From the NCBI RefSeq assembly GCF_031769215.1, contig NW_026782978.1, positions 62,001 to 126,000 of the forward strand: DNA of 64,000 bases. Reading direction: 5' to 3'. Source of the stretch: Ylistrum balloti. Lineage: Eukaryota. The notes below the pieces were generated by a model, which worked only from the letters and a program-made list of their open reading frames with translations, made no database searches and was not told the DNA's origin. Below, piece by piece: positions 8,912 to 21,348 of the stretch (positions are counted from its first letter, which is position 1; every line of letters begins with the position of its first letter). Both the position numbers and the translations under genes were made by a program.

Positions 8912-11900
8912 GGAGTATGTATGATTTGGCCCCCTCTTCAAATTTGATGAAATACCTATATTGAGTAAGGATAGTAACGTAATTAATGAATTGGGGGATT
9001 TTAGCATGTTTTCTTTCTCGGCGCATGCGTAGTGGCACTTCAAATATAGGTGTCACACCAGTATTTTTTAAGAGAAAAATGACAAAGCATTACAAAAAGA
9101 TTCTGTAACTTTTAATTATCATACAAATATGCTGCTTAATATTGATGTAATTAAATCACTTATGGAAGTTATCAACTAATGGCTTTTGCTAGCAAAGGCT
9201 TAAATTAAACTTTTAATATATTTACATTTGGTACCTTAGCAACGAATTATATCACATAGCAACGGCATGGCTATAAGATTTATTACTGGTAACAACATTT
9301 TCTATCATCCGATTTTGTGAAATGAAAACAAATCATAGCATATGTGACATAATTATATGGACTAACTTTTTTTACAAAGGTATTTTAATGCAAACATTTG
9401 GGAAGTGACAATAATTTCCCTAGCAACAGAATGTGTCGCATAGCAACAACAATACCTTATATTGATAACAACATTTTCTTTCCAGTTTCAAGATTTTTCT
9501 TCTGCTGTACTTAATGAAAACAAAATATTTCTCATGTTTTCAGTAGCTAAACTTTCTAATAAAGGTATCACAATATAGATATTAGAGTATTGATCAAAGT
9601 TGGTGCTCTAGCAAAGTATTCTGACACATGGCAAGAATATGACCTAAACTGTTATTTTTTTTATATTGTTTCAATGTTTTTTATTGTACGTTATTTAATG
9701 AAAACAGATCATTATCACTTTCCATGGACTAACCTTTTCTTACGAAATATGTATAATATAAACATTTTGATACAGATCAAAGTTAGTACCCTAGCAACAG
9801 AGTCTATCACATAGCATACCTGTAATTGTTAACATATTCTTTTCTGTTACAATATTTTTCCACTTGTTACTTGTTGAAAGCGAAACACTTATCACATAAT
9901 TTCATTGGTAAAACATTTTTGTTATAAAGGTATACTAGTGTACACAATATAAAAAACTGATTATTAATCAAAGTGTGCAACAAAGTCTATCACATAGCAA
10001 GAACATCACCTAAGCTGTTATCGGTTTCTATTTTGCTTCATACATCTGCACTGATGCTTTTGAAAGCAAAGCATATTCGAAGCATATAATCAATGTATAA
10101 CCTTTGGTTTTGTTCACAGAATTTAACAAACATGAAAATGAACAAGTGATAAGCGACTTCAAATTATATCTACTTTAAATACATGTAGTGTTACAGTTTA
10201 TTCCTCTGGATACTCCTCATCCGTGTCGGAATCTGTTGTTGGAATGTCAGCTGCATCAGCCAAAGACTTTGTCGAAATAGTCACTGCGCCAGATGATTCG
10301 CCTTGGAAGCGTTCATATCCTAGAAACCACAATGCACTTGCAATGTGGGCACAGCAACCGACCACTCTTGAGCCTACTTTACAAGTGCAGTACCAACCTT
10401 TGATGGGATCATCAGAAAGTGAGTCATACTCAATCCACAAAGAATGTGCTCTGCTGTTACAGTGTCGAGACTGTATTTTTAACTTGATCAGATTAGGGTT
10501 TTCTGAGAAGACCAGCAACTCATACAGTCCATCTTCAACACAGTGCTCCTTTGTATAACTTGGAGCCTGTTTAAGTTGATAAACTCCCATGGTGATGTTT
10601 CGTACGTCATCCATGGAAAGTTTAGGGAAGTCCATCAAGTCTTCTGCTTCCAGCTTTTGATAAACAGTTCTCTTATTTAGTAAGTTGTTGCTTTCCAAAA
10701 ATGCCTTCACTGTGTTTGGTTCCTTGGACTTTGCAAGCATTGCCCTGCAATGTGCTTCTGATGTTGCGTCAGTTTTCACAAGTGGTTCTTTAAACCTGTT
10801 GATAAGAGGACAGATGATTCTCACAAAGTCACCAATAGGAGGGATCAGGGTATTTGGAACAACTTTGTCAAACAGTTTCCATTGTTGTATCCTGCCATTC
10901 ACGCTTTCTACCACCCATCTTACTTTTGTGACTAAACCAGAAAGGTTCGCCTCTTCGGTGCTGTGCTGCTTGCAGCTTTTCTGAAGATAGAAGGGCATTT
11001 TCACATCGAAACCTCGGTCTTCTAGAAACCTCACAGCGTCCCTAAACCCCCTGTCTACAATGAATACGCCGCCGGGTTTGAACCACTTGCTAGCTTCCTC
11101 ATTTGCCCTAAGCATGTGTTTTGTAATGGAGGCATCGTTGTTTGAGCCATCAGCCAGGTAAGGTCCGAGCACATCCAGAATGTAGCCATCCGTTCCTACA
11201 AGCATCATTGGTTTAACGAGTGGTCTGTTCTTGTGCATAGAATAGGACCTCCTTTGGAATTTGTAGTCTGCACTCTTCTGGATGTAAACATAGGTGCCAT
11301 CAGCAACAACAATAGCCTCGTTTTCGCCTGGTTGGAACAATGATTTTGCTATATTTGTAGTGTGGTTTTGAACAAAGTCTCCATGAGATATGTGTTGAAA
11401 TCCAAGGTTATCTGGTACAAAATCTTCCACTAAGGCATTCCTTGTGCTGTTCACTATACGCTGGATTTGTGAATATGTTAAATGAAATAACACACCAATT
11501 AACTTGTTGGACAATCCACTACGTAATTTGAAGAGAAACACAGCAAGACATGTCCGGATTGACCTAACTGCTGAATTATTAAGTGATTTCAAATGAGTGA
11601 CAATTTCGTCAAAGTGCTGTTTGGTAAATCCTGTCAATGTTACATAATCTTCATTGGTTAAAAATATTGGCACATCGAAATTCAAATGTCCAGAATGTGT
11701 AGACAGCATCCTTCGAACTCCGGAGAGAAGACCTGTAATATCACTTCTTGAAAACCAGCCATTTGATTTCTTGGTTCCAAGTAATGCCAACGTATTTTCA
11801 TTCAGATAATTGTTCTCAATATGGCTCTCACAACATCTACTATGGGGGTGTATGAATATACCACATACTATGAAGGCCTGAGTAGTTCCTTGTTGTGGGA

Positions 11901-14108
11901 TGTTGGTTAAATGGTTTCTTTGGTTTGCATCTTTATGACATACAATACATGATTTATGAGATTTTGATATTGCGGGAAGGTTCAAATTAATAGTTTTAGG
12001 ACTCGACAGTGTCTTTTTCTTTGGTGGCTGAGAAATGTACTCGTCATCATTAGTATTTACAGGTGTCTGGTGAAATATTGGAAGACTCCTATACACTCGT
12101 GCCGTACATGCCCCGCATATCATGGCATTGCTACTCACGTCCCTGCAAACACATCGCTCCACATATCTTTTAAAGGCCACGCCAGGTGGGATATGCCTTC
12201 TAAAATTTGGTTTACACCTTTTGAAGCACATGCAACATGGGATGTCTTTTGGCATCTGGAAAGAAATATTTGATAAGTATATTAATACTTTATACCAACC
12301 ATATAAATCACAGTAACGTAGAAAAGTATAAAAAGAATATGTAAACATAAAAGTGACAACTTTTTATGTGGAACTCAAAAGAATGTGTGTTCTATACATT
12401 GTATAAGAAATTAAAAGTTGTAAACATAGATATTATATTCATATTTAAATTACATAACATATTTTTGTCATAATTGATCAATAATTACACATTATTTAGT
12501 GAATATGTTGTTAAGTTTTTTTACAATAAAATGAAGAAAACATAATAAAAAGGAACAGGCACCAGCACGACTGTAACTCACACAAATGTCGATAAATGTT
12601 TGTGAAATATGGATTGTCAACAAGATTTGAACTCACAGTTTAATTAATATTACAAATATTTTTTTCTTAATGTGAAAAAAATAAAATGTTGCTAAGCACT
12701 TTCAAGAACAGACTACATGGTTGCATTTTTAATTGAATTAAGAATAGGTATTCTTTTTATTTGAAATCAAAATAACTAAATAAAAAAGAGTTGTCAACAG
12801 CATTTGAAGTCAGAGCTTAATTAATTACACAAATAGTTTTAATTAATGTTAAAAATAATAATGTCTTGCAAAGTTCTCTCTAGAAAATATGTATTATAGT
12901 TTTGTATCTTAAATTGAATATAAAACAATAAAAAATAACAAAAAATAAAATTAATGATCATCAGGATTGGCAACCATAATTGCGGTCCTTATGCTCCTGA
13001 GCCAACCCTCATACCACTACACTACGGTACATCATATGCAACCGTAAGCTATTTTGAAAGTATATATACACCGACTATGTTGGCTTTCTCTCTGGCCGTT
13101 TCCAAGACAATAAGTATAAATAGATGCACTCTTTCATTTCTATTTTCCTTAGTTAGTAAAACGAATATTTTCAGACAGAAAGAAGACATTTTCAGTGGAC
13201 TTCAACAAGACACACAGTCTCTGTTGAAGTTTATAATGAATTACTCTTGTATTTATTGTGAGCTCGCCTTCAGACGACACTTCACCGTTTGTTCGGCGAT
13301 CAACATCAACAACATTCAAGCTGGGCTTGGTAGCACAGAATAATACTGTTTCAGAACTTTAAAAAGTATTGAGATACCTTTAAATAGATTTTATTGTTAA
13401 TAAATGACATTTGAATAAATTTTTTAACAAACATCACACAAAGTTAGTGGATTTTTTGCCGTCTACCTGTATTGGGGCATCTGTCAACCAGACGTAAAAC
13501 TGATGATGCAATCAAGTGCTGCAGACGTCCGATGAATAAAAAACTTCATTTTTTATATCACATCAGTTAAACATTTTTGCTAACAAGAATAAATCTTACC
13601 TTTCTTGGTTGTGAAAAATTAAGGAATTGTTGGTTTTAACTCCATCATTTGAGTGTTTCTGCTGCAGTAAACAAAAATATCGATAGCGGCGAAGTCCGTT
13701 TTCCGTGTTCCGGACCATATATTACACGCGATCTTGCATCAAAACGCCGAAAAATAATTTTAAAAACTATTTTTTTAATATGAGCGCAGTCTTGAACAAG
13801 TTTTTCCTTTTAACACAATGACTTTATTAAAATTTTTATTTTGTAGCATCAATATGAAACTTGTTCAAGCCTGCGCTCATGGTAAACTTCAGTAAAATGT
13901 ACCCACGAAATGGGGGAAATCACCGATTTTCGTGTTTTTTTGTCAATTTTCAAACAGCTATATTAAAAAATTGGTGATATTTTTTAAATCTTGAAAACAA
14001 TTCTAGAATCATGGACACTTCCATTATTAAATGTCTTCACTATTTTGATTTTCTGAGACAGTTTTTCTTATATTGGGGGTGCATAGGTACCCAAACCATA
14101 CATACTCC
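8912..14108 (-). mobile_element. Cut-and-paste DNA transposon (IS5-like DDE_Tnp_4; PIF/Harbinger-ISL2EU lineage) nested in the Polinton
   Basis: 18-bp TIRs GGAGTATGTATGATTTGG / CCAAACCATACATACTCC (1 mismatch), flanked by TTTCTAAA on both sides (8904-8911 and 14109-14116). The interior is AT-rich and holds one large transposase ORF. Confidence 0.88.
10198..12255 (-). CDS. Intact DDE transposase (about 685 aa): N-terminal Cys-rich region, HTH, DDE core and C-terminal SWIM zinc finger
   Basis: VADGTYVYIQKS, IVDRGFRD and RWVVESVNG give the D-D-E triad; WYCTCKVG..VGCCAH is the SWIM finger. The ATG at 12255 directly follows the acceptor TTTCTTTCCAG. The ORF is uninterrupted. Confidence 0.9.
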   Translation of the reverse strand: MPKDIPCCMCFKRCKPNFRRHIPPGVAFKRYVERCVCRDVSSNAMICGACTARVYRSLPIFHQTPVNTNDDEYISQPPKKKTLSSPKTINLNLPAISKSHKSCIVCHKDANQRNHLTNIPQQGTTQAFIVCGIFIHPHSRCCESHIENNYLNENTLALLGTKKSNGWFSRSDITGLLSGVRRMLSTHSGHLNFDVPIFLTNEDYVTLTGFTKQHFDEIVTHLKSLNNSAVRSIRTCLAVFLFKLRSGLSNKLIGVLFHLTYSQIQRIVNSTRNALVEDFVPDNLGFQHISHGDFVQNHTTNIAKSLFQPGENEAIVVADGTYVYIQKSADYKFQRRSYSMHKNRPLVKPMMLVGTDGYILDVLGPYLADGSNNDASITKHMLRANEEASKWFKPGGVFIVDRGFRDAVRFLEDRGFDVKMPFYLQKSCKQHSTEEANLSGLVTKVRWVVESVNGRIQQWKLFDKVVPNTLIPPIGDFVRIICPLINRFKEPLVKTDATSEAHCRAMLAKSKEPNTVKAFLESNNLLNKRTVYQKLEAEDLMDFPKLSMDDVRNITMGVYQLKQAPSYTKEHCVEDGLYELLVFSENPNLIKLKIQSRHCNSRAHSLWIEYDSLSDDPIKGWYCTCKVGSRVVGCCAHIASALWFLGYERFQGESSGAVTISTKSLADAADIPTTDSDTDEEYPEE

Positions 14109-14969
14109 TTTCTAAAGATTACAGATCCCGAGAAAAGGGATTTAATCGTAAAAGAGTTTCTCGAGCTGAAAAAGAGGCTCCAAAACAGAGATATAGAGAG
14201 ACGGACTGGTGAACGAGAGTTACAAACAGATCTCAGTAAAATATTCAAATCCATAACGGACGTACAAAAAAGTACGGCAGAAGACATAAGGTCTGATACT
14301 AGCCCCATCAAAGAAAACCTATCGGAATTGAAGAAAATCACATTTCCAGCGTTTCCATCTATAGAGGGGTTTCAACAACAAGAAAAGGAAGATACTGATA
14401 CGCAGTTTATCGGACCAATCGCGCAAGAATATTTAAGGAAGTTCGCCTCCAAATCCGAGGCTGATAGAACGTACGGGCTATACGATAAAAACGGCAATTT
14501 TTATATAGGCAATAAGCCCGTCGCCTTTGTAGATGATAACATAGTAGTGGATGGTGAAGAGTACCAAGGAACACCGGGATTGTGGGAACTCATCGTAACC
14601 AAGAATCCAGACGATCAAATATACACCGACCAGGACTACGAAAATTACGCGAAGATGATGATTGAATCGACCGCTCTCAAAAAAGGCAACGATCCAGAGA
14701 GTAACAGACCAGAGGCCAGCAAGGGGTTGAAATGGAAGAATGTGCTTAGAACCATTTGGACTAATAGGGATTATTACGAAGGGACCGGCACATCTGTTGT
14801 CATTCCTAGCGATCCTAATGAATTGCTCGAAAGACTAGACCTGCTGATGGCAAGCAAGGCAGCGGGTAACACAGGCGTTCGGAACGAGCTTGTATCGATT
14901 TGCGATGAACTAAAAAGACAAAAGGTGCTGGACGTCAATGCATATAAAAAAATAATATCTAGACTATAA
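14109..14969 (+). pseudogene. Conserved Polinton protein of unknown function, with its 5-prime end disrupted by the nested transposon
   Basis: FLKITDPEKRD.IVKEFL...GTPGLWELI...DPNELLERLDLLMASKAAGNTGVRNE. The reading frame begins at the TSD; the MGVHRYPNHTYS start in the ORF track is transposon TIR sequence. Confidence 0.75.
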
Positions 14970-14975
14970 AAAATA

Positions 14976-15400
14976 ATGTTTATAGCAAAGAATCATGGAT
15001 TTAGAAGACAGTATGTCTATGGCGGTGCTGGAATGTTTGATAGCATCGCAAGTTTTTTCACTAGATTATTTACTAGCAATGCTGCGAAACAGATTGCCTC
15101 TACCGCTCTAGATGCTGGTAAAAGCGTTGCTAAGGAAGTTGGGAAGAAAGCTATGGATGCTGGAAAGACTGCAGCTCTTGATGCTGGAAAGAATTTCCTT
15201 GAGAAAGGAGTGCGCGGTCTCGCACGTAAAGCTCTTACACCCAAATCTCGAGCAATTCTACAACGGCGAAGCAGTCATCCCCAGTTGATCAGAATATCCA
15301 TTCACTAATAGATGGGAGCGGAATGCAGCAACAGAGGGCGATTGCGATTCAAGACCTCGTCAAAAGATTGAATCAAGGATCTGGTCTAAAATTGATTTAA
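14976..15400 (+). pseudogene. Amphipathic virion protein (cupiennin-like or pVI-like); one frameshift
   Basis: VYGGAG-MFDSIASFFTRLF amphipathic helix and an Ala/Lys-rich region. The second frame continues ...IDGSGMQQQRAIAIQDLVKRLNQGSGLKLI to the stop at 15400. Confidence 0.6.
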
Positions 15401-15425
15401 AGAAAAATGAAATCTATAATAAAAA

Positions 15426-15783
15426 ATGGCTATCGAATTCAAGCGTCACGATTACCAAACACGCGATTCATGTATTTTGGTCAAGAATGCAAGGATCAGC
15501 CTTGAAGGGTGTGAATTCCTTGAAACTGAAGATGTAAATGGGCATCATAGAGGTGTTGTCTTGAAACTACCCGAAGAGAAGGTAGACAGGATGAAGGAGA
15601 TTGAGGGAGAGGTTAATGATTATCTTTATAACGGGTTTAGGCAAGATAAAGCTTGTCTACGAAAACAAAATTTGTGCAATGTATTGGAAATGTACTCCTA
15701 AAGAACACTTTGATAGTATTGTGTTGTCGGACGTGTATGTTAATAATGCTGGCAGGGCGCTCGCCCATTTGTGGGTTCTGTAA
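15426..15783 (+). pseudogene. Hypothetical protein split by a frameshift
   Basis: ORFs 15426-15701 and 15601-15783 overlap and join near 15635. The start follows the TATA-like motif. Confidence 0.5.
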
Positions 15784-15845
15784 ATTTTTTTTATATCTGT
15801 AAAATGATATAAAAAAATTTTCTCTTGCTAATAAAAAAATAAAAT

Positions 15846-17140
15846 ATGATGAACATTCTAAATTTTACTGAGGCTCCCATGAAGGATGAGAGCATCGAAG
15901 AATACGAACACTATGAGTACGATCCGATTACCGGTACGAATCTCAATAACCCAGGTGAGCTCAGGATCAATATTGAAACACAAGATCTGTTTACTCACCC
16001 AAGCGAGAGCTATCTGATCATCGAAGGGCGTCTGACAAAAACTGACGGGACCGCTTACGCAAACGATGATAACGTTACACTGACGAATAATGCTCTCATG
16101 TATCTTTTCAGCAACATCAAGTACCAGCTTTCAGGACAGGAGATTGAATCTCTCTTTCATCCAGGACAGGGTACAACGATGCTTGGTCTGTTGAAATATC
16201 CAGATGACTTCTCCAAGTCGCAGGGTTTGAATCAATTGTGATACAAGGACACATCAGCTGCAGCATCTGCAGCTGCAGCAGCAGGCAATGCCGGATTTAG
16301 CGTTCGCCAATCCTATATAACCAAATCTCCTGATCCAAAGGGCACATTTAGTTTCAGAGTACCACTCAAGCACATCTTTGGATTTTGCGAAGACTATGAC
16401 AAAATTGTGTATGGTATGAAACAAACCCTGACTCTGGTGCGGAAAACGGACAACGATGCGATCTTCAGGAATGCAAATGTTGATGATGGGAAAATTACCT
16501 TCGAAAAGGTGTCGTGGTTTATGCCTCATGTACTACCCGCAGATGCTGAAAAATTTCAGCTTTACAAGACACTCGATTCAAATGAGCTTCTACCCGTAAT
16601 GTACAGGATCAGGCAATGTGATTACATCTCCATACCACAGTCAACTAGCTTCACCTGGAGACTATCTGTCAAATCAGCGCCTGAAAGACCGCGCTATATC
16701 ATTGTCGGTTTCCAAACTGACAAAGACGGTGACCAAGAGCAGAATCCTTCCATCTTTGACAACGTCAATGTGAGGAATATATTTGTCATGCTAAACTCGG
16801 CTAGATACCCCGCAGTTGACTACAACCTCTCCTTTCCCAAACAGCAATTCAGTCGGGCGAACGGTGATGTAGCAGCCTTCAGGTCCAAGTTTTACAACAT
16901 GGACGAGTTGGTGTCAAACCCCAACATCACCCCGCCGATTACAAGACACTTTTCCCACTGTTTGTGTTCGACGTCAGCAAGCAGAGTGAGCGACTGAAGA
17001 CCGCAGTCACTGACATCCAAATAAAAACTCAGTTTAATGCCAACGTGCCAGCGGGTACCGAAGCATTTGCTGTTGTGATTAGTAACAAGATGATAAACTT
17101 CAAGACCGATGGGAAGAAGGTAAACGTTGTATATAGCTAG
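15846..17140 (+). pseudogene. Major capsid protein (double jelly-roll, hexon/PY); premature TGA at 16239-16241 and a frameshift near 16935
   Basis: DESIEEYE..EY.P.TGTNLN.PG..RI.IE.QD.F..P.ESYL, VPLKHIFGFCEDY.K..YG.K..L.LVR, PRYIIVGFQT and LF.FDVSKQSE motifs. Confidence 0.9.
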
Positions 17141-17198
17141 ATTTCTACATTTCTTGAAAATGACTTTAAGAAAATAAAAATCTATAATAAAAAAAACA

Positions 17199-17516
17199 AT
17201 GTTGAAACTGTCTGAATTGAAAACAATTCTTCGTGAGAATAAAATCAAAGGTTATTCTCATTGCGGCAAGAAGCGGCTGATCGAGCTGTTGAAAGGAAAG
17301 GAATTAATACCAGAGGAACCACCCAAACCAGTGAAGACAAAGAAAGAGGTAGATCCAATGGCAGTTAGAAATAACCCCAAACCTGTTGTGTTGAGGGATG
17401 TTGATACTGGAGAGGAGATTACATTTCCATCCATTTATAAGGCATCTCAATTCATAGACAAATCCTCGAGGATAATAACCTTTTGGGATGGAAGGGTGTG
17501 GAAAAGCAAGATGTAA
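17199..17516 (+). CDS. Small putative DNA-binding protein (Rho-N/HeH-like helix pair plus NUMOD1-like HTH)
   Basis: LSELKTILRENKIKGYS..KK.LIELL and TGEEITFPSIYKASQFI patterns. Confidence 0.55.
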   Translation: MLKLSELKTILRENKIKGYSHCGKKRLIELLKGKELIPEEPPKPVKTKKEVDPMAVRNNPKPVVLRDVDTGEEITFPSIYKASQFIDKSSRIITFWDGRVWKSKM

Positions 17517-17622
17517 GCAAAAAAAAATGTTGTATGTGGGTTAACATATACAACATTCATGAAAGAATAATTTTTTTTTGAAAATGACTTATAGAAAAAA
17601 AAATCTATATATAATAAAAACA

Positions 17623-20600
17623 ATGAGTCTTTTCAGAAGAATTAGTAATGCGGCTATGAATGCTGCAACAAACATTGCTAGAGGAGCAAGACGACTGGCA
17701 TCGGCTTTCATCCCACAGAGGAATCCTCCAGATCAAAATTTCTTAGATGCAGATGTACCTAGCATCAATGTGCCGACTCTTCAAACTGTCCTTATCCCTA
17801 CAACCAGGGACAAGGTTAAACAAAAGGTAAATAAATCGATCAAAGCTGCTGTAGATTGGGTTGAATGGCTGCATGATGCAGACAGAGAAGTTGTTAAGAA
17901 GGCCCCATCGAAATTAAAAGCCTTGAAGGAAAAAGTAGATGCTTTATTCAGAAAGCAGCAGATGTTTGAAATCAGAGAGACAAGATCTGCTCTGAGGAAA
18001 TTTACGACTCAATATACCATAGATGGCAGAGAGGGGTTTGATGCTCAATCGTTTCTCAACACAGCCCGACAAAATGTAGTTAACCTCTTGAGAGGAATCC
18101 GAGGCACTAAGGTAAAGCTAATTCTTAGATGTAACATGGAAAAAGTGAACCTTGTCAGTGCCTCGGAAACAATCGTAGAGCCTGCAGCCTTTCACTCTAA
18201 TGTCGAGATTAACCTCGATGGAACAGATGCAGATGAGCTGTATGATGCAATGGTTGATAGAGTCATGGAGGCCATGGCGACATTCCAGTTGCGAGGCAGC
18301 AACTGGACATTTAAATCTATCATTGCCATTGAAATTCATACAGTTGCTTATGAACCGTTGAGGGGGGGCTCTTACATCCCTACTCCGGAGGCCCTTGCAC
18401 ATCCTAAAATGGGAGTGATCAATGTAAAAAATGATGACAACAGATGCTTCCTCTGGGCACTGGCTCGAGCATTACATCCCGTAGAACGTGATGCTTGCCG
18501 CATAACTAAGATGCTCAGAATGCAAGCAGAAAAACTCAACATGGACGGTATTGATTACCCAGTTAGTCTTAAGACAATAGATCATGTCGAGAAGCAAAAC
18601 CCAGACATATCTATTACTGTCTTTGGCTATGAAACTAGTGTTCACCCCCTCCGAATAAGCAAACACGTTGATAGGGTAACAATAAACCTTTTATTGATCA
18701 CTGATGGGGAAAAGCAGCATTACTGCGTCATCAAAGACAAGAGCCGTTTGTTGTCCAGCCAACCGGAAACCACCAACACAAAAATTATTACTGTCTCAGA
18801 TGTTTGAACCCCTTCTACTCACAGGAATCGTTGAATAAGCACATGGAATACTGTTATTCAAACGAGGCCGTCAAGATAGAGATGCCAGAAGAGGGTTCGA
18901 CCATTTCGTTTGCACATACACAAGTCCATGAGAGTGCCGTTCACAGTGTATGTTGACTTTGAATCTTTCATCAAACCCGTAGATACGTGTGAACCGTGTC
19001 CGGGAAAGAGCTACACGAAGAAATACCAGAAACACACCCCATCGAGCTTTTGTTACAACATCAAATGCTTTGATGATGGTGTCTTCTCTAAAGATCCGGT
19101 TACCTACACCGCGAAAACTGACGACGAAGATGTCTCCCAAATATTCGTAGAAATGTTGGAGAAAGACATCAAAGAAATTGGCAAAATCCCTGCGAAACTA
19201 ATGATTTTTGGGGAAAATGACCGCAAACAATTCCAAAAGACGACAAAGTGCTGGATCTGCGAAGGTGAGTTCGGTAAGGATGACAAGAAGGTGAGAGATC
19301 ACTGTCACGCTACTGGGAAATACCGAGGTGCAGCTCACAATAGTTGTACCTTGCAGTACAAGAAGCCGAAGTTCACTCCCGTGGTGTTCCACAATCTGAG
19401 CGGCTATGACAGTCATCTGTTCGTCAAGAACCTCGGTAAAACTGAGGGGAACATCAACTGCATCCCGAACAACGAGGAAAAGTACATCAGCTTCACCAAG
19501 GAGGTTGTTGTCGGTTCTTATACTAGCAAGGACGGGAAAGAGAAGGATGTTAAGCACCAGCTCAGATTCATCGACAGCTTCAAGTTCATGGCCTCTAGCC
19601 TGGATAAGCTGTCCGGTAATCTGGATCAGGACTGCTTCACTAACACTTCGAAGTACTATAACGGAAAACATCTAGACTTACTAATGAGAAAGGGTGTCTA
19701 CCCATATGAACTCAAAAGACTAGATGAAACAGCCCTTCCACGAAAAGTAGCGTTCTACTCCAGACTCATTGGAGAAGGGATTAGTGACGATGCACAAACT
19801 GTGTGGAAAGAGTTTGGCATGAAGTCACTCAGGGACTACCACGAACTGTACAACCAGTCGGACGTGTTGCTCTTGGCAGATGTCTTTGAGAACTTTAGAG
19901 ACGTCTGCATCAAGAACTACGATCTTGACCCTGCCTGGTATTATACAGCGCCTGGACTAGCATGGGACGCTGCCTTGAAAATCACCGAAGTGAAGTTGGA
20001 GCTGTTATCAGATCCAGACATGTTGCTCATGGTGGAGAAAGGTATCAGAGGCGGGATATCGATGATCAGCAACAGATATGGCAAAGCAAACAACCCATAC
20101 ATGGGTGAAACATTCAACCCCCATGATCCTGCGAAGTATATTGCCTATTTGGATGCCAACAATCTCTATGGTTGGGCCATGAGCAAACCGCTCCCTACAC
20201 ACGGATTCGGGTGGATGACAGACAGTGAACTGGACTCTTGGAAGAACCACAGCTGTATACTGGAGGTTGACCTTGAATATCCAAAGGATCTGCATGATCT
20301 CCACAATGACTATCCGCTCGCTCCAGAAAGTCTCAAAGTCCATAATGTGGAAAAGCTTATTCCCAATCTCAATGACAAAACTAACTATGTCATTCACTAC
20401 GAGAACCTCAAACTATACGAGGGCTTGGAAATGAAGATTACAAAGATCCACAGGGGCATCAGGTTCGAGGAAAGTGCATGGTTGAAGCAATACATCGACC
20501 TGAACACCAATCTCCGAGCAGAGGCAAACAATGAGTTTGAAAAGGACTTTTTCAAGGTCATGAACAACTCTGTTTTCGGAAAGACTATGGAGAACATTAG

Positions 20601-21333
20601 GAGCCGAGTGGATATCTGACTAGTCAACGACGAGACAAAAGCGAAGAAGTTGGCAGCAAAACCCAATCTTAAACATTGCATCATCTTCGACGAGAACCTG
20701 GTTGCCGTACATATGAAAAAGACGAACCTGAAGTTCAACAAGCCCGTTTATCTCGGGATGTGCATCCTCGATCTGAGCAAGACGTTGATGTACGACTTCC
20801 ATTACAATTACATGAAGACAAAGTACGGAGAAAAGTCAAAACTCCTGTTTACCGATACCGATTCCTTGGCATACGAAATCCAGACGGAGGACTTTTACAA
20901 GGACATCTCTGGTGACGTAGCAGCCAAGTTTGACACCAGCAACTTCCCAAAGGATCACCCATCGGGCATCGAAGTCGGTCGTAACAAGAAAGTGGTGGGG
21001 ATGTTCAAGGACGAGGCAGGAGGTAAGATCATCCGAGAATTCGTGGGATTGAGAGATAAGTTGTACAGTTACAAGTTGCTTGAGGGGTATGAGGAGAAGA
21101 AGTGTAAGGGGGTGAAAAGGTCCGTTGTCAGAAAGAGTATTTCGTTTGAGGATTACAAGAAATGTTTGTTTACGGGTGAGGATCAGTTGCGAAAGATGAA
21201 CGTCATCAGGAGCCACTGTCATGATGTGTACACCGAAGAAATTAACAAAATAGCTCTTTCGGCAAATGACGACAAGCGAATCATCCTCCAGGACGGGATG
21301 CGCACACTAGCCCACGGACACTTTAAACTTTAA
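17623..21333 (+). pseudogene. polB: Protein-primed family B DNA polymerase (pPolB) with N-terminal terminal-protein/vOTU-like region, zinc finger and EndoVII-like insert; two frameshifts and one nonsense codon
   Basis: Exonuclease motifs VYVDFES, FHNLSGYDSH and YNQSDV. Polymerase motifs YLDANNLYGWAM, KVMNNSVFGKT, FTDTDS and KLYSY/KKCKGV. Also NDDNRCFLW..HY, CLRC..H..C and DHCH. Breaks near 18770 and 18910, and TGA at 20617-20619. Confidence 0.95.
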
Positions 21334-21348
21334 TAGATATATATAAAA

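Noticed and set aside
8633-9043. Minus-strand ORFs with FHLDFHLT / FISIFISL repeats
   Set aside because: They are antisense readings of the 12-bp repeat.
12954-13343. 129-aa plus-strand ORF as a possible second transposon gene
   Set aside because: It has no recognisable Myb, YqaJ or other motif, and probably lies in the transposase 5-prime UTR/intron region.
14073-14108. MGVHRYPNHTYS N-terminus of the 298-aa ORF
   Set aside because: It is derived from the nested transposon's right TIR and is not part of the viral gene.
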